A DNA stretch of 64,000 nucleotides from assembly GCA_964012805.1 (NCBI GenBank), contig CAXGUD010000014.1, positions 25,159-89,158 on the forward strand. Direction: 5' to 3'. The notes beneath the pieces were generated by a model. That model did no database searches. It worked only from the letters and a program-made list of their open reading frames with translations, and was not told where the DNA came from. The number at the start of each line of letters is the position of its first letter. The first letter of the stretch is position 1. The position numbers were made by a program, and so were the translations under genes. Of this stretch, positions 51,888 to 60,588 are shown piece after piece. Source of the DNA: an uncultured Bacteriovoracaceae bacterium. GTDB lineage: Bacteria > Bdellovibrionota > Bacteriovoracia > Bacteriovoracales > Bacteriovoracaceae.

Positions 51888-53555
51888 ATGACTGGTCACC
51901 AGAATTATAAAACCCCCCTTGAGATGTTCTACCAATGGGAAAAGGCAATGCCTCATAACCCACTTTTTAAATGGCCACAAGATGGAAGTTGGCATGAATT
52001 GAACTGGAAAGAAGCAGGGGATCAAGTTAGAAGAGTGGCCCAAGCCATAAAAAGCCTCAACCTCCCTAAAGGGAGCCATATAGGGATTTTATCAAAAAAT
52101 TGCCCTTATTGGATCATGGCCGATTACGCGATCTGGTTAGCAGGTCACGTTTCAGTGCCTTTATATCCTAACCTCCAAGCTGAAACCATTAACACTATCT
52201 TAACTCATAGCCAAACAAAGGTTCTTTTTGTAGGGAAACTCGATGGCTGGGAAGATATGAAGCCAGGCATCCCGGAAGATGTGACCTGCTTCTCTTTTCC
52301 ATACGATGATAAAGGCTACGTAGATTGGAAAGATTTGTTGGCAAAAAATGAACCACTCATGGAAAACCCTGTTCCTAATCAAGAAGATATTGCGACAATT
52401 ATCTACACCTCAGGAACAACTGGAGTGCCAAAGGGTGTTGTTCACAACTTTCTTAGCTTCTCATGTGCTGGCACCAACGGTGTTAAAATTGCAAAATTAA
52501 CTCAAGAAGACCGCTTTTTTTCATACCTCCCACTTTCTCATGTTGCAGAAAGGTTATTAGTAGAAACGGCGGCCTTATACTGTGGCGGTATTATCAACTT
52601 TGCCGAGTCTCTCGACACTTTTGTTGAAAACCTCCAAACAGCAAAGCCGACGGTCTTTCTATCTGTTCCAAGACTATGGACAAAGTTTCAAATGGGAGTC
52701 CTTAAAAAGCTTCCTCAAAAGAAACTTGAAAAACTTCTAAGGATCCCAATCATTAGAGGACTTATAAAGAAAAAAATTCTTAAAGGCCTAGGGCTTGAAA
52801 AGGTCAGAATAGCAGCAACAGGAGCAGCTCCGATCTCTTTACCTCTTCTTAAGTGGTGGGAAAGCTTAGGACTCACGCTTCTTGAAGGTTATGGCATGAC
52901 CGAAAACTTTGCTTATTCACACCTTAACCTACCTGGCCAAGAAAAATTTGGTTATGTTGGCCAGGCAATGCCAAGGGTTGATGTAAGGTTGAGCGATGAA
53001 GGTGAAATTCAAATCAAAAATGACTGTCTAATGAACGGTTACTATAAGGAGCCTGAGTTAACTGCAGAAACCTTCACAGATGGTTATTTAAGAACTGGAG
53101 ACCAGGGCTCAATTGATGAGAACGGATACCTTAAAATAACTGGAAGAGTTAAAGACCTTTTCAAAACTGGAAAAGGCAAGTATGTAGTTCCTTCTCCAAT
53201 TGAATTAAAAATTTCTAAAAGTCAGCTTATTGAGCAAGTTTGCGTTACTGGGAATGGACTTCCTCAACCTATAGCCCTGATTAATCTTTCTGAGGACGGT
53301 AAGAAGATGCCTCAAAAAGAGGTTGAAAAGTCTTTGAATGGTCTCCTTAAAGAGATTAATAAGACTATTGATAAACACGAACAACCAGAAAAATTAATTG
53401 TGTTGAAGGAAGATTGGACAGTTGAAAATAACGTCTTAACTCCCACAATGAAAATTAAAAGAAATGTTGTTGAAAAAGCGTATCAGGAAAAATATGAGTC
53501 TTGGTATGAAAGTTCATCTAAGGTTGTTTGGTCTGAAAGTTCTTATTTAAATTAA
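51888..53555 (+). CDS. Long-chain fatty acid--CoA ligase (AMP-binding)
   Basis: YTSGTTGVPKG, SYLPLSHVAER, EGYGMTE, LRTGD, ITGRVKD, TPTMKIKR. Confidence 0.93.
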   Translation: MTGHQNYKTPLEMFYQWEKAMPHNPLFKWPQDGSWHELNWKEAGDQVRRVAQAIKSLNLPKGSHIGILSKNCPYWIMADYAIWLAGHVSVPLYPNLQAETINTILTHSQTKVLFVGKLDGWEDMKPGIPEDVTCFSFPYDDKGYVDWKDLLAKNEPLMENPVPNQEDIATIIYTSGTTGVPKGVVHNFLSFSCAGTNGVKIAKLTQEDRFFSYLPLSHVAERLLVETAALYCGGIINFAESLDTFVENLQTAKPTVFLSVPRLWTKFQMGVLKKLPQKKLEKLLRIPIIRGLIKKKILKGLGLEKVRIAATGAAPISLPLLKWWESLGLTLLEGYGMTENFAYSHLNLPGQEKFGYVGQAMPRVDVRLSDEGEIQIKNDCLMNGYYKEPELTAETFTDGYLRTGDQGSIDENGYLKITGRVKDLFKTGKGKYVVPSPIELKISKSQLIEQVCVTGNGLPQPIALINLSEDGKKMPQKEVEKSLNGLLKEINKTIDKHEQPEKLIVLKEDWTVENNVLTPTMKIKRNVVEKAYQEKYESWYESSSKVVWSESSYLN

Positions 53556-53571
53556 AAAAAGAAAAAAATTA

Positions 53572-53622
53572 AAAGGAATAAAAAAAGGCCTGGTAATAAA
53601 CCAGGCCTTTTTTTATTCCTTT
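53572..53622. terminator. Bidirectional intrinsic terminator, perfect 23-bp inverted repeat
   Basis: AAAGGAATAAAAAAAGGCCTGGT-AATAA-ACCAGGCCTTTTTTTATTCCTTT between convergent genes. Confidence 0.9.
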
Positions 53623-53633
53623 ATGAGATTTGT

Positions 53634-55514
53634 CTAATTGCATTTCATTTTACGGGGATCACAATCATTGGACTTACATTGCTTGCTCTTTGTGCAATAA
53701 TCTCCTGATAAACCTCTTCCCTTTTTATAAACACAAGTTTTGGAGGATTTTTTTAAAATTTTGCTGTCGCATTTTCCAGAATCACATTGAGAGTGATACC
53801 GGCATGCCTCCCCAACATCAAACTTGCGCCCCCACCTTTGTCCCCTTATAAAATCAGTTTTAAATGTTTTCCGGCACCAGGCCTTTGCCACCTCATGACT
53901 ATCAACGATTATATTCGCCTCTCTTGAGTTAAACCATGACTGTTCATCAATATTGGCAGACCCCACAAGACTGACCTGATTATCGGCGCTAAGGTACTTT
54001 GTGTGGTTTTGGTTATAAAACTTCTCTCTAATCCTTGTGCTGTAGCGATAAAACTTTCCTTTATCCTTTCCACTTACATTTCCACCACGGGTCACAAACC
54101 ATGTTAGATTAAAGTCCCCTATCCTCTTTCTTTTAAACTGGGATTTTCCTGCTTCTTTCTTTAACAATTGTTTTTGAGTCTCTGCAAGGAAGTTCACGCT
54201 TGTTTTTGGAGTGTTAGGATCAAGCTTTAACCACTTTTTACGTATCCAATTAACAGCATCATTATTTGTTCCAGCTTCTTGATAGAGCTTATTATAATCC
54301 TGATAGTTTTTTGAAAGAAGAAAGTTAACATCAACTCCTCTTTTTAGTGTTTCAATAATGAGCTCCATAAAAGACCAAGAGTTTAAAGATGGTGAGACAA
54401 TATTGACGTGGCTTTTTGCATTTCTCATGATGGCCTTAAAAGCCGCATTTTGAGGATTGATAGCAGAGTCCTTATTTCTCCTCCTACCGTCAGCATGACG
54501 TCCAACGTTTCCAACCAAGACTGGGCCTAAAACCCTGTTACCCTTTAAAGCTTCAACGGCAGTATTCATTTTAAAGGGTGAAAAAGGCTTTCTATCCCAT
54601 TTTAAGTATTTGTCCGCTACAACATTTCCATTATATTGTGACGAAAAGCCCAACATTTTCCCTTTATTTTTAAACCAAAGGTTGTAAAAATCATCGGCCA
54701 AGCCTAATGCTGGTTCACCGTGAACGATAAAACCATGGTCTACCATTAAATCAGTTCCCATAGGTGTATCTTCTTCGCTTGTATGGTGGTAGCCAATAAA
54801 GTTGGCCCCCATAACCATTGAAACTTTTCTGTCCACAACGATCGTTTTACTATGAGTAACGGCTATAAAATTACCATGCCTATGTCCTTTAATTTCAAAA
54901 CGAACATACTTGGGATCGAGTTTTTTTGGAAATTCAATTTGGTAATTTTCATTGTCTTTTAAGGTTGTTTTTCTTCCTCCAAAAACGGACCAAGTCATAA
55001 GCTCAAAAACATTGGCCCCCTTTCTACTCCCCATTATATCAAATAGAAAGCGCACAACCACAGGTTCCTTGGCCTTCATCTTTTTTCTCTTTTTCTCTAA
55101 CTTAACAATAGCATCGTAAACCATCGTTGCCGAGGGTGAATTCATATCAAAAATGAAGGTTTGAATAAGAACTTCTTTTTCTGCGCTTTCTATCATTTTG
55201 GCCATTTTACCAAAAATTTCATCTCCACCACGGTAAACACCAAGGTCTGCGTAGCCTTTGGTAAAGATAAATTCAGGCCTAACAGTTGCCCTCTTTTTAA
55301 CTTTATTAACGGCCTTGATCACCTTTTTCATAAGAGGGCTTGTTCCTCCTTTGACTTTATAGATGTCCTCTTCACAAAGAGGTAATACATTTTCTTTTAA
55401 AACCCTTCCTTCCACAACCTCTTTCCAACTTTTAGCGTTGATCTGGAAGCATAAACATAATCCAATCATGACAAATGGCCACTTTGTTTTAAAAAAGGTG
55501 TTTAATAAAGTCAT
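53634..55514 (-). CDS. Secreted phospholipase D-superfamily protein with C-terminal Cys-rich repeats
   Basis: Signal peptide; two HKD motifs HSKTIVVD and HTKYLSAD...GSAN; C-terminal G-x2-C-x5-C-x-S-x2-C twice. Confidence 0.88.
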   Translation of the reverse strand: MTLLNTFFKTKWPFVMIGLCLCFQINAKSWKEVVEGRVLKENVLPLCEEDIYKVKGGTSPLMKKVIKAVNKVKKRATVRPEFIFTKGYADLGVYRGGDEIFGKMAKMIESAEKEVLIQTFIFDMNSPSATMVYDAIVKLEKKRKKMKAKEPVVVRFLFDIMGSRKGANVFELMTWSVFGGRKTTLKDNENYQIEFPKKLDPKYVRFEIKGHRHGNFIAVTHSKTIVVDRKVSMVMGANFIGYHHTSEEDTPMGTDLMVDHGFIVHGEPALGLADDFYNLWFKNKGKMLGFSSQYNGNVVADKYLKWDRKPFSPFKMNTAVEALKGNRVLGPVLVGNVGRHADGRRRNKDSAINPQNAAFKAIMRNAKSHVNIVSPSLNSWSFMELIIETLKRGVDVNFLLSKNYQDYNKLYQEAGTNNDAVNWIRKKWLKLDPNTPKTSVNFLAETQKQLLKKEAGKSQFKRKRIGDFNLTWFVTRGGNVSGKDKGKFYRYSTRIREKFYNQNHTKYLSADNQVSLVGSANIDEQSWFNSREANIIVDSHEVAKAWCRKTFKTDFIRGQRWGRKFDVGEACRYHSQCDSGKCDSKILKKSSKTCVYKKGRGLSGDYCTKSKQCKSNDCDPRKMKCN

Positions 55515-55586
55515 TTTTGTCCCTCAACAGATAATTTTTTTTATTTTACAGAATTTTTATATTAGTTTTTTTAATTTTCAGCTTCC

Positions 55587-55614
55587 AGTTCGGATAAAGC
55601 ACCTGAAATCTTTA
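55587..55614 (-). promoter_or_regulatory. Possible sigma28-like promoter for the PLD gene
   Basis: TAAAG-N15-TCCGAACT on the minus strand; one nt longer than canonical spacing. Confidence 0.35.
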
Positions 55615-55722
55615 GATTACAACATTTTTTGTTGAAAAAATTCCACATTTTATTTATATAAAAAAAATAAAAAACTTACTGAAATTAAAAGGTAAAAACC
55701 AAATCTGTGGTATAAATCTCCT

Positions 55723-56766
55723 ATGAAAAGATTAAATTTTCGGATGCACAATAAACAACGGTTAACTTTGATTATCTTTGCCATTGTCTTAATGTTTATT
55801 CATTCAAACTTAAAAGCTTCTGAAACTGACAATTATCTTTCCTGGGATAAAGAAATTAAAGATTCCACAGAGGAAATTAACAGGTATTACAATGAGCTTA
55901 TGAGGAGTGCCCTTAGAAAAGTAAAAAGACGCCCCTTTATGAGAAAAAAATGTGAAAGGGTCGCTACTTGGATTGGTAAAGGAATTGTCAAAATTGATCA
56001 AAAGTATACTGATCACTGGGTTAAGAAAAATAAAAAGATTGACCGGTTTCCGAAGTATGGAACAAAAAAGTGGGATTATCTGGAAAAAACAATTTATAAA
56101 AAAGTTCTTAAACTCGGTGTCAATATGAGTCCTACAATAAATATTAATGGCATCCACATGGGTAGCGATAAAATTTCTCATTTTTTTGGAATGGGCTTAG
56201 TCTATTATGGCTACTACTTAAAGAAGTTAAAAACGCTTAAGATTAAAAAAAGTTCTTTGCAAAAAGATCAAAAACAATTAGAGGCCGTTAAACATGCTTT
56301 AGACTTGGGTATCTTAACGGAAAGGGTTTTCCTTGGTGAGAGTGCGATGGCATCAGGGGTTTTCTCCTACGGTGATATGGAGTCGAATTATCAAGGTTTA
56401 AAGTTTTTCCGCAGTCTTTGTGAGGGAAAAAACCCTCGAATTAAAAAAGTCGCTAAACATACATGGAAACTTGTAAGACCCCTTAATATAAAAGATTATG
56501 CTAATCCAAAGTGGGATGAGACTTTCTATTCAAACCATTATCAAAAGTCGAGATGGAAACACGTCAAACCTTACCTAAAGAAGTATTGCAATGACAGGTT
56601 CAAACCAATTGTAAAAGAAAGGTTTGAATATTATAAATCCATAGACTATGAAAGTTTCTCAAGTCGTTACCTTAAACAAAAAGCTAGAGAAGGTAAGCTG
56701 CCCGACCCTCTTGAGCACTCCCTAGATCGGCTTTGCCAAAGCCAGCACCAACAAAGCAAACCTTAA
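55723..56766 (+). CDS. Secreted hypothetical protein, possible metal-dependent hydrolase
   Basis: Signal peptide; DKISHFF, TE, GVFSYGD.ESNYQG. Confidence 0.7.
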   Translation: MKRLNFRMHNKQRLTLIIFAIVLMFIHSNLKASETDNYLSWDKEIKDSTEEINRYYNELMRSALRKVKRRPFMRKKCERVATWIGKGIVKIDQKYTDHWVKKNKKIDRFPKYGTKKWDYLEKTIYKKVLKLGVNMSPTININGIHMGSDKISHFFGMGLVYYGYYLKKLKTLKIKKSSLQKDQKQLEAVKHALDLGILTERVFLGESAMASGVFSYGDMESNYQGLKFFRSLCEGKNPRIKKVAKHTWKLVRPLNIKDYANPKWDETFYSNHYQKSRWKHVKPYLKKYCNDRFKPIVKERFEYYKSIDYESFSSRYLKQKAREGKLPDPLEHSLDRLCQSQHQQSKP

Positions 56767-57503
56767 TTTAAAATCCTTACAAAAGAGGGACGTCCGCAAG
56801 TTGAAAGAGAAAGAAGTCCACCTGCTTCAGGTTTTTCTATATTCTTTCTTTTCACCAATCCACAAAGTCCTATTTCACCCTCTTCAGATAGAATCTCATT
56901 TCTTGAGGAATCCAACTTTAAAGAAAAAGAAACTTCACCATCGGAATTAATATCAGTGTTAGAAACTGGTGCTGATTGAAGGGTTCTTAACTCATTGTCC
57001 TTTAACACAAAGTAAAGCTCACTCTCACCTTTTGGTAATGAATTCTTTTCAATTTCTAAATGATTGTCGACCCCAACTTCTACAATTCTTGGTGGTATTT
57101 TAAATGTTGGTTCTCCTAAAAGAGTAAAGCTATTTTCAAAAACCTCTCCATCATTATTCTGGTAAGTGAGAACCACCTCTTCTTGAATATCTTCTAACTT
57201 AAACCGACCTGAATACTCCAAAGAAATATTTTTATCGATGACTCCGTCCAATTTAAGTTTTTTTCCGTTGAAGCTTACAAAACTCTCCCCACTTAATTTA
57301 ACCCTTGTTAGGCCAGAAATTTTTTCACAAGAACAATTTTTTGCGATAAAAGTGGCCCTTGCAACAACTTCATCATTTTTCACATCATATAATACTTTAT
57401 AATCTGTAAATATTTCCTTTTGAGAAATATCCTCTGAATTAATTTTTGAGCAGCTAATCGTTAAGAAAATAACTAATAGAGGAAGAAGAAAATATGATTT
57501 CAT
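56763..57503 (-). CDS. Lipoprotein of unknown function
   Basis: Lipobox-like LTISC; SD AAGGAG before ATG 57503. Confidence 0.75.
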   Translation of the reverse strand: MKSYFLLPLLVIFLTISCSKINSEDISQKEIFTDYKVLYDVKNDEVVARATFIAKNCSCEKISGLTRVKLSGESFVSFNGKKLKLDGVIDKNISLEYSGRFKLEDIQEEVVLTYQNNDGEVFENSFTLLGEPTFKIPPRIVEVGVDNHLEIEKNSLPKGESELYFVLKDNELRTLQSAPVSNTDINSDGEVSFSLKLDSSRNEILSEEGEIGLCGLVKRKNIEKPEAGGLLSLSTCGRPSFVRILN

Positions 57504-57623
57504 AAAAACTCCTTTTTTTATCAAATTCAGTTCAATTCTAAAATTTTCTCCACTACTAGAATACTTTCCTAAAAGTCATTAAGAAAGACCCATTCTTCCA
57601 GTTTTAATAAGTTTTATCTTTAA

Positions 57624-57656
57624 ATAAAAAAGGGCCACTTATGGGCCCTTTTTTAT
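57624..57656 (-). terminator. Intrinsic terminator after valS
   Basis: ATAAAAAAGGGCC-ACTTATG-GGCCCTTTTTTAT. Confidence 0.85.
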
Positions 57657-57686
57657 ACAAGCTCTATGTTCTCTTTTAAAAAATAA

Positions 57687-60326
57687 CTAATCAGCATGTT
57701 CAGATAAGGTGACAGAAAACTCAAAGTAACGTCCATCGAACCCACTTTCATTGTCTTCAAGCGGTTTATACTGGATTTCCTTTTTCAGGTTAGAAGAAAA
57801 GGCAATATCTTTTTCTATCTCTTTAAAATAGTCTAAATCCTTCACCTGGCCCTTAAGCACTAATTCCTCAATTGGCCAACGAAGACTTTTTTGTGCTGTC
57901 GTCTTCTCTCCCCTCAGAACATTAAGGGCCTCCTTGGCCATGTCGATAAGAGGCCCCTCAAATTTGTCCTCATTTAAAGAAATCACTTGTGGCCATTCAC
58001 TTTTATGAACAGAGGGGGCATCTTCTTTTTCAGCAAAATGCCACGACCAAACCTCTTCCGTTATATAAGGTAAAAAAGGCGCCATAAGTTTAATAAAGTT
58101 TTTCCAAGTCCAGGCAAGACATGCAAGAGCAGACCTGCCCTCCGAACTATCCTTAAGTTTGTAGGCCCTGGTTTTTACTAACTCTAGATAAATATCACAA
58201 AACTCCCAAAAAGCAGCTTCAACAGATGAAAGCGCAGTTGCATAGTGAAAGTTTTCAAAAGCCTGTGTACTCTCTTCAATGACTTTATTCATCTTAGAGG
58301 CCCAAACTTTGTCTACAGGCTCGGTTATATTTTCCATGCCAAGATATTGATCTTCCACATTTTCTATTTGAAGGAAAACAAACTTACTTGCATTAAAAAC
58401 TTTTGTGGCCAACCTTTGACCTACTTTAAAGACATTTTCATCATAGATTGTATCGGAACCTAACTTTGCCTTCGAAGCCCAGTATCTAAGAGCATCTGCG
58501 GAATATTGATCAATAAGCGACTCGGGAGTCACAACATTGCCCTTAGATTTACTCATCTTCTTTTTATGGGGGTCAACAACCCAACCACTAATCGCAATAT
58601 TTTTCCAGGGAACCTCTTTCCCATGCATCCATGATTTTGTAATTGTGTAAAAGGCCCAGGTTCTGATAATTTCATGGGCCTGAGGCCTTAAATCTGCTGG
58701 AAAAAGCTTGCTATGCCTTTCATCATCGGTTCCCCAGTGGCTAGAGATTTGTGGAGTCATAGAGGAAGTTGCCCAAGTATCCATGACATCAGGGTCACCC
58801 ATAAAACCGTTTGCTTTGCCCCTTTGGTCTTCACGATATCCTGAAGGCACTTCTGCAAGAGGGTCTACAGGAAGTTGTTCCTTGGTAGCATAAAGAGGGT
58901 TTTCAAAGTCTGGGCGGCAATTTCCATCAAGGGGATACCAGACTGGAAAAGGAACTCCAAAAAACCTTTGCCTAGAAATACACCAATCCTGATTAAGACC
59001 GTCAACCCATTGCTCATAACGTTTAAACATTGTTTCTGGGTGCCATTTAATCTTTCTTCCCTGTTCAATAAGCTCTTTTTTGTAATCAAGAATTTTTACA
59101 AACCACTGCCTGGTAGAAATGTACTCTAGAGGGTGATCACCCTTTTCGTAGTGTTTAGCAAATTGCTGAGTCGGTTTAGGTTCACCAACAAGAGCGGCTC
59201 CCTTTCCAGCAGCGCAAGAACCTTCTTCACTAAGAAGCTCTACAACTTTTTTTCTGGCCTGCTTAACGTAGAGGCCTGCCAATTGTTTTGAAACATCATT
59301 GGCCTTTTCAGGCTTTTCACTAGGAAATTTAGCCGACCCATACTCTATAGGCCCCAGTGTTCCTTCTTTTTCTATAATCTGCCTTAAAGGAAGACCCTCG
59401 GCTTTCCAAAATTCAACATCATGGATGTCCCCAAAAGTACAAACCATTAAAATCCCAGAGCCTTTTTCTTTATCAGCATGCTCCGCTGGCATAATGGGAA
59501 CACGTACGTTGAATAGAGGAGTCAAAGCGGTTTTTCCAAAAAGGTGCTTATAGCGCTCATCCTCTGGGTGAGCCACAACAGCAACACAGGCCCCTAATAA
59601 CTCTGGTCGGGTTGTAGAAATAACAAAGTCACTTCCATCCTCAACAGCAAAGCGGATATCATAGAAGTGACCACCTTTTTCGCGCTCCTCGACTTCAGCT
59701 TGGGCCACAGCAGTTTGAAAAGTTGTATCCCACATCGTTGGTGACTCTTTAGTCGTTACTAAATTCTTCTGTTGAAGGTCGAGAAAAGAGAGCTGACTTA
59801 CTTTTCTACAATGGTCATTGATCGTTTCATAAGCTTGGTTCCAATCGAGGGAAAGTCCTAAATGACGCCATAACTTTTCATATTTTTTTTCATCTTCAGC
59901 AGTCTGCTTTTGACAAACTTCTAAAAAGTTCTTTCTTGAGATTTCCTCTTCTTCTTTTTTCTTTTTGCTAGATATTTTACCTTCCCAATTCTCATTGTAA
60001 GGAAGGTTTGGGTTGCACCGAACTCCATAAAGCCCTTGAACCCTTCTTTCCGTAGGAAGTCCATTGTCGTCCCAGCCCATGGGGTAAAAAATATTCTTTC
60101 CTCTCATCCTTTGGAATCGTGTCAATACATCTGTCTGGGTATAGCTAAATACATGGCCAACATGAAGAGAACCAGAAACTGTTGGTGGAGGAGTGTCTAC
60201 GACAAAAGTTTTTTCTCTAGAAACCATCGGATCATACTTGTGCACCCCGTTACTTTCCCAAAATTCTCCCCACTTCATTTCAGCTTCATTAGATTTATAC
60301 TTTTTCGGCAGCTCTTTTGACTTCAT
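57687..60326 (-). CDS. valS: Valine--tRNA ligase (archaeal-like type)
   Basis: DTPPPTVSGSLHVGH, GWDDNGLPTE, DWCISRQRFFG, MDTWATSS, PQAHEIIRTW, KMSKSKGN; no C-terminal coiled-coil arm. Confidence 0.97.
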   Translation of the reverse strand: MKSKELPKKYKSNEAEMKWGEFWESNGVHKYDPMVSREKTFVVDTPPPTVSGSLHVGHVFSYTQTDVLTRFQRMRGKNIFYPMGWDDNGLPTERRVQGLYGVRCNPNLPYNENWEGKISSKKKKEEEEISRKNFLEVCQKQTAEDEKKYEKLWRHLGLSLDWNQAYETINDHCRKVSQLSFLDLQQKNLVTTKESPTMWDTTFQTAVAQAEVEEREKGGHFYDIRFAVEDGSDFVISTTRPELLGACVAVVAHPEDERYKHLFGKTALTPLFNVRVPIMPAEHADKEKGSGILMVCTFGDIHDVEFWKAEGLPLRQIIEKEGTLGPIEYGSAKFPSEKPEKANDVSKQLAGLYVKQARKKVVELLSEEGSCAAGKGAALVGEPKPTQQFAKHYEKGDHPLEYISTRQWFVKILDYKKELIEQGRKIKWHPETMFKRYEQWVDGLNQDWCISRQRFFGVPFPVWYPLDGNCRPDFENPLYATKEQLPVDPLAEVPSGYREDQRGKANGFMGDPDVMDTWATSSMTPQISSHWGTDDERHSKLFPADLRPQAHEIIRTWAFYTITKSWMHGKEVPWKNIAISGWVVDPHKKKMSKSKGNVVTPESLIDQYSADALRYWASKAKLGSDTIYDENVFKVGQRLATKVFNASKFVFLQIENVEDQYLGMENITEPVDKVWASKMNKVIEESTQAFENFHYATALSSVEAAFWEFCDIYLELVKTRAYKLKDSSEGRSALACLAWTWKNFIKLMAPFLPYITEEVWSWHFAEKEDAPSVHKSEWPQVISLNEDKFEGPLIDMAKEALNVLRGEKTTAQKSLRWPIEELVLKGQVKDLDYFKEIEKDIAFSSNLKKEIQYKPLEDNESGFDGRYFEFSVTLSEHAD

Positions 60327-60499
60327 GCGAAATACCCTTCCTGTTTTGGCAACTATTTTCCTGACTCGTTAAATCAACATTAGCAGCGTACTATAGCAAA
60401 ATCATGTTAAAAACCCCAGTTTAAAGAAAGAAAAAGTCCTCTCTTTTTCAAAAGACCGACTCTTTTTCGGCCCTACAATTTCCTTCGCGCCTTTTAACC

Positions 60500-60527
60500 T
60501 AAATGTAATCAGTAAAAATACCGATTA
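60500..60527 (+). promoter_or_regulatory. Sigma28-like promoter upstream of the edge kinase
   Basis: TAAA-N16-ACCGATTA. Confidence 0.45.
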
Positions 60528-60588
60528 AGTACCTAGGAAAAAAGGCTATTTTATTAAAATTTTAACTATTTTTTAGAGATTGTTTTTG

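Noticed and set aside
53634..57503. PLD plus lipoprotein as a T6SS effector-immunity pair
   Set aside because: The PLD has a Sec-type signal peptide, the lipoprotein is separated by an opposite-strand gene, and no vgrG/PAAR/hcp is present.
60327..60588. T-box leader for valS (also checked for proS and lysS)
   Set aside because: No T-box consensus (AGGGTGGNACCGCG) or terminator/antiterminator seen.
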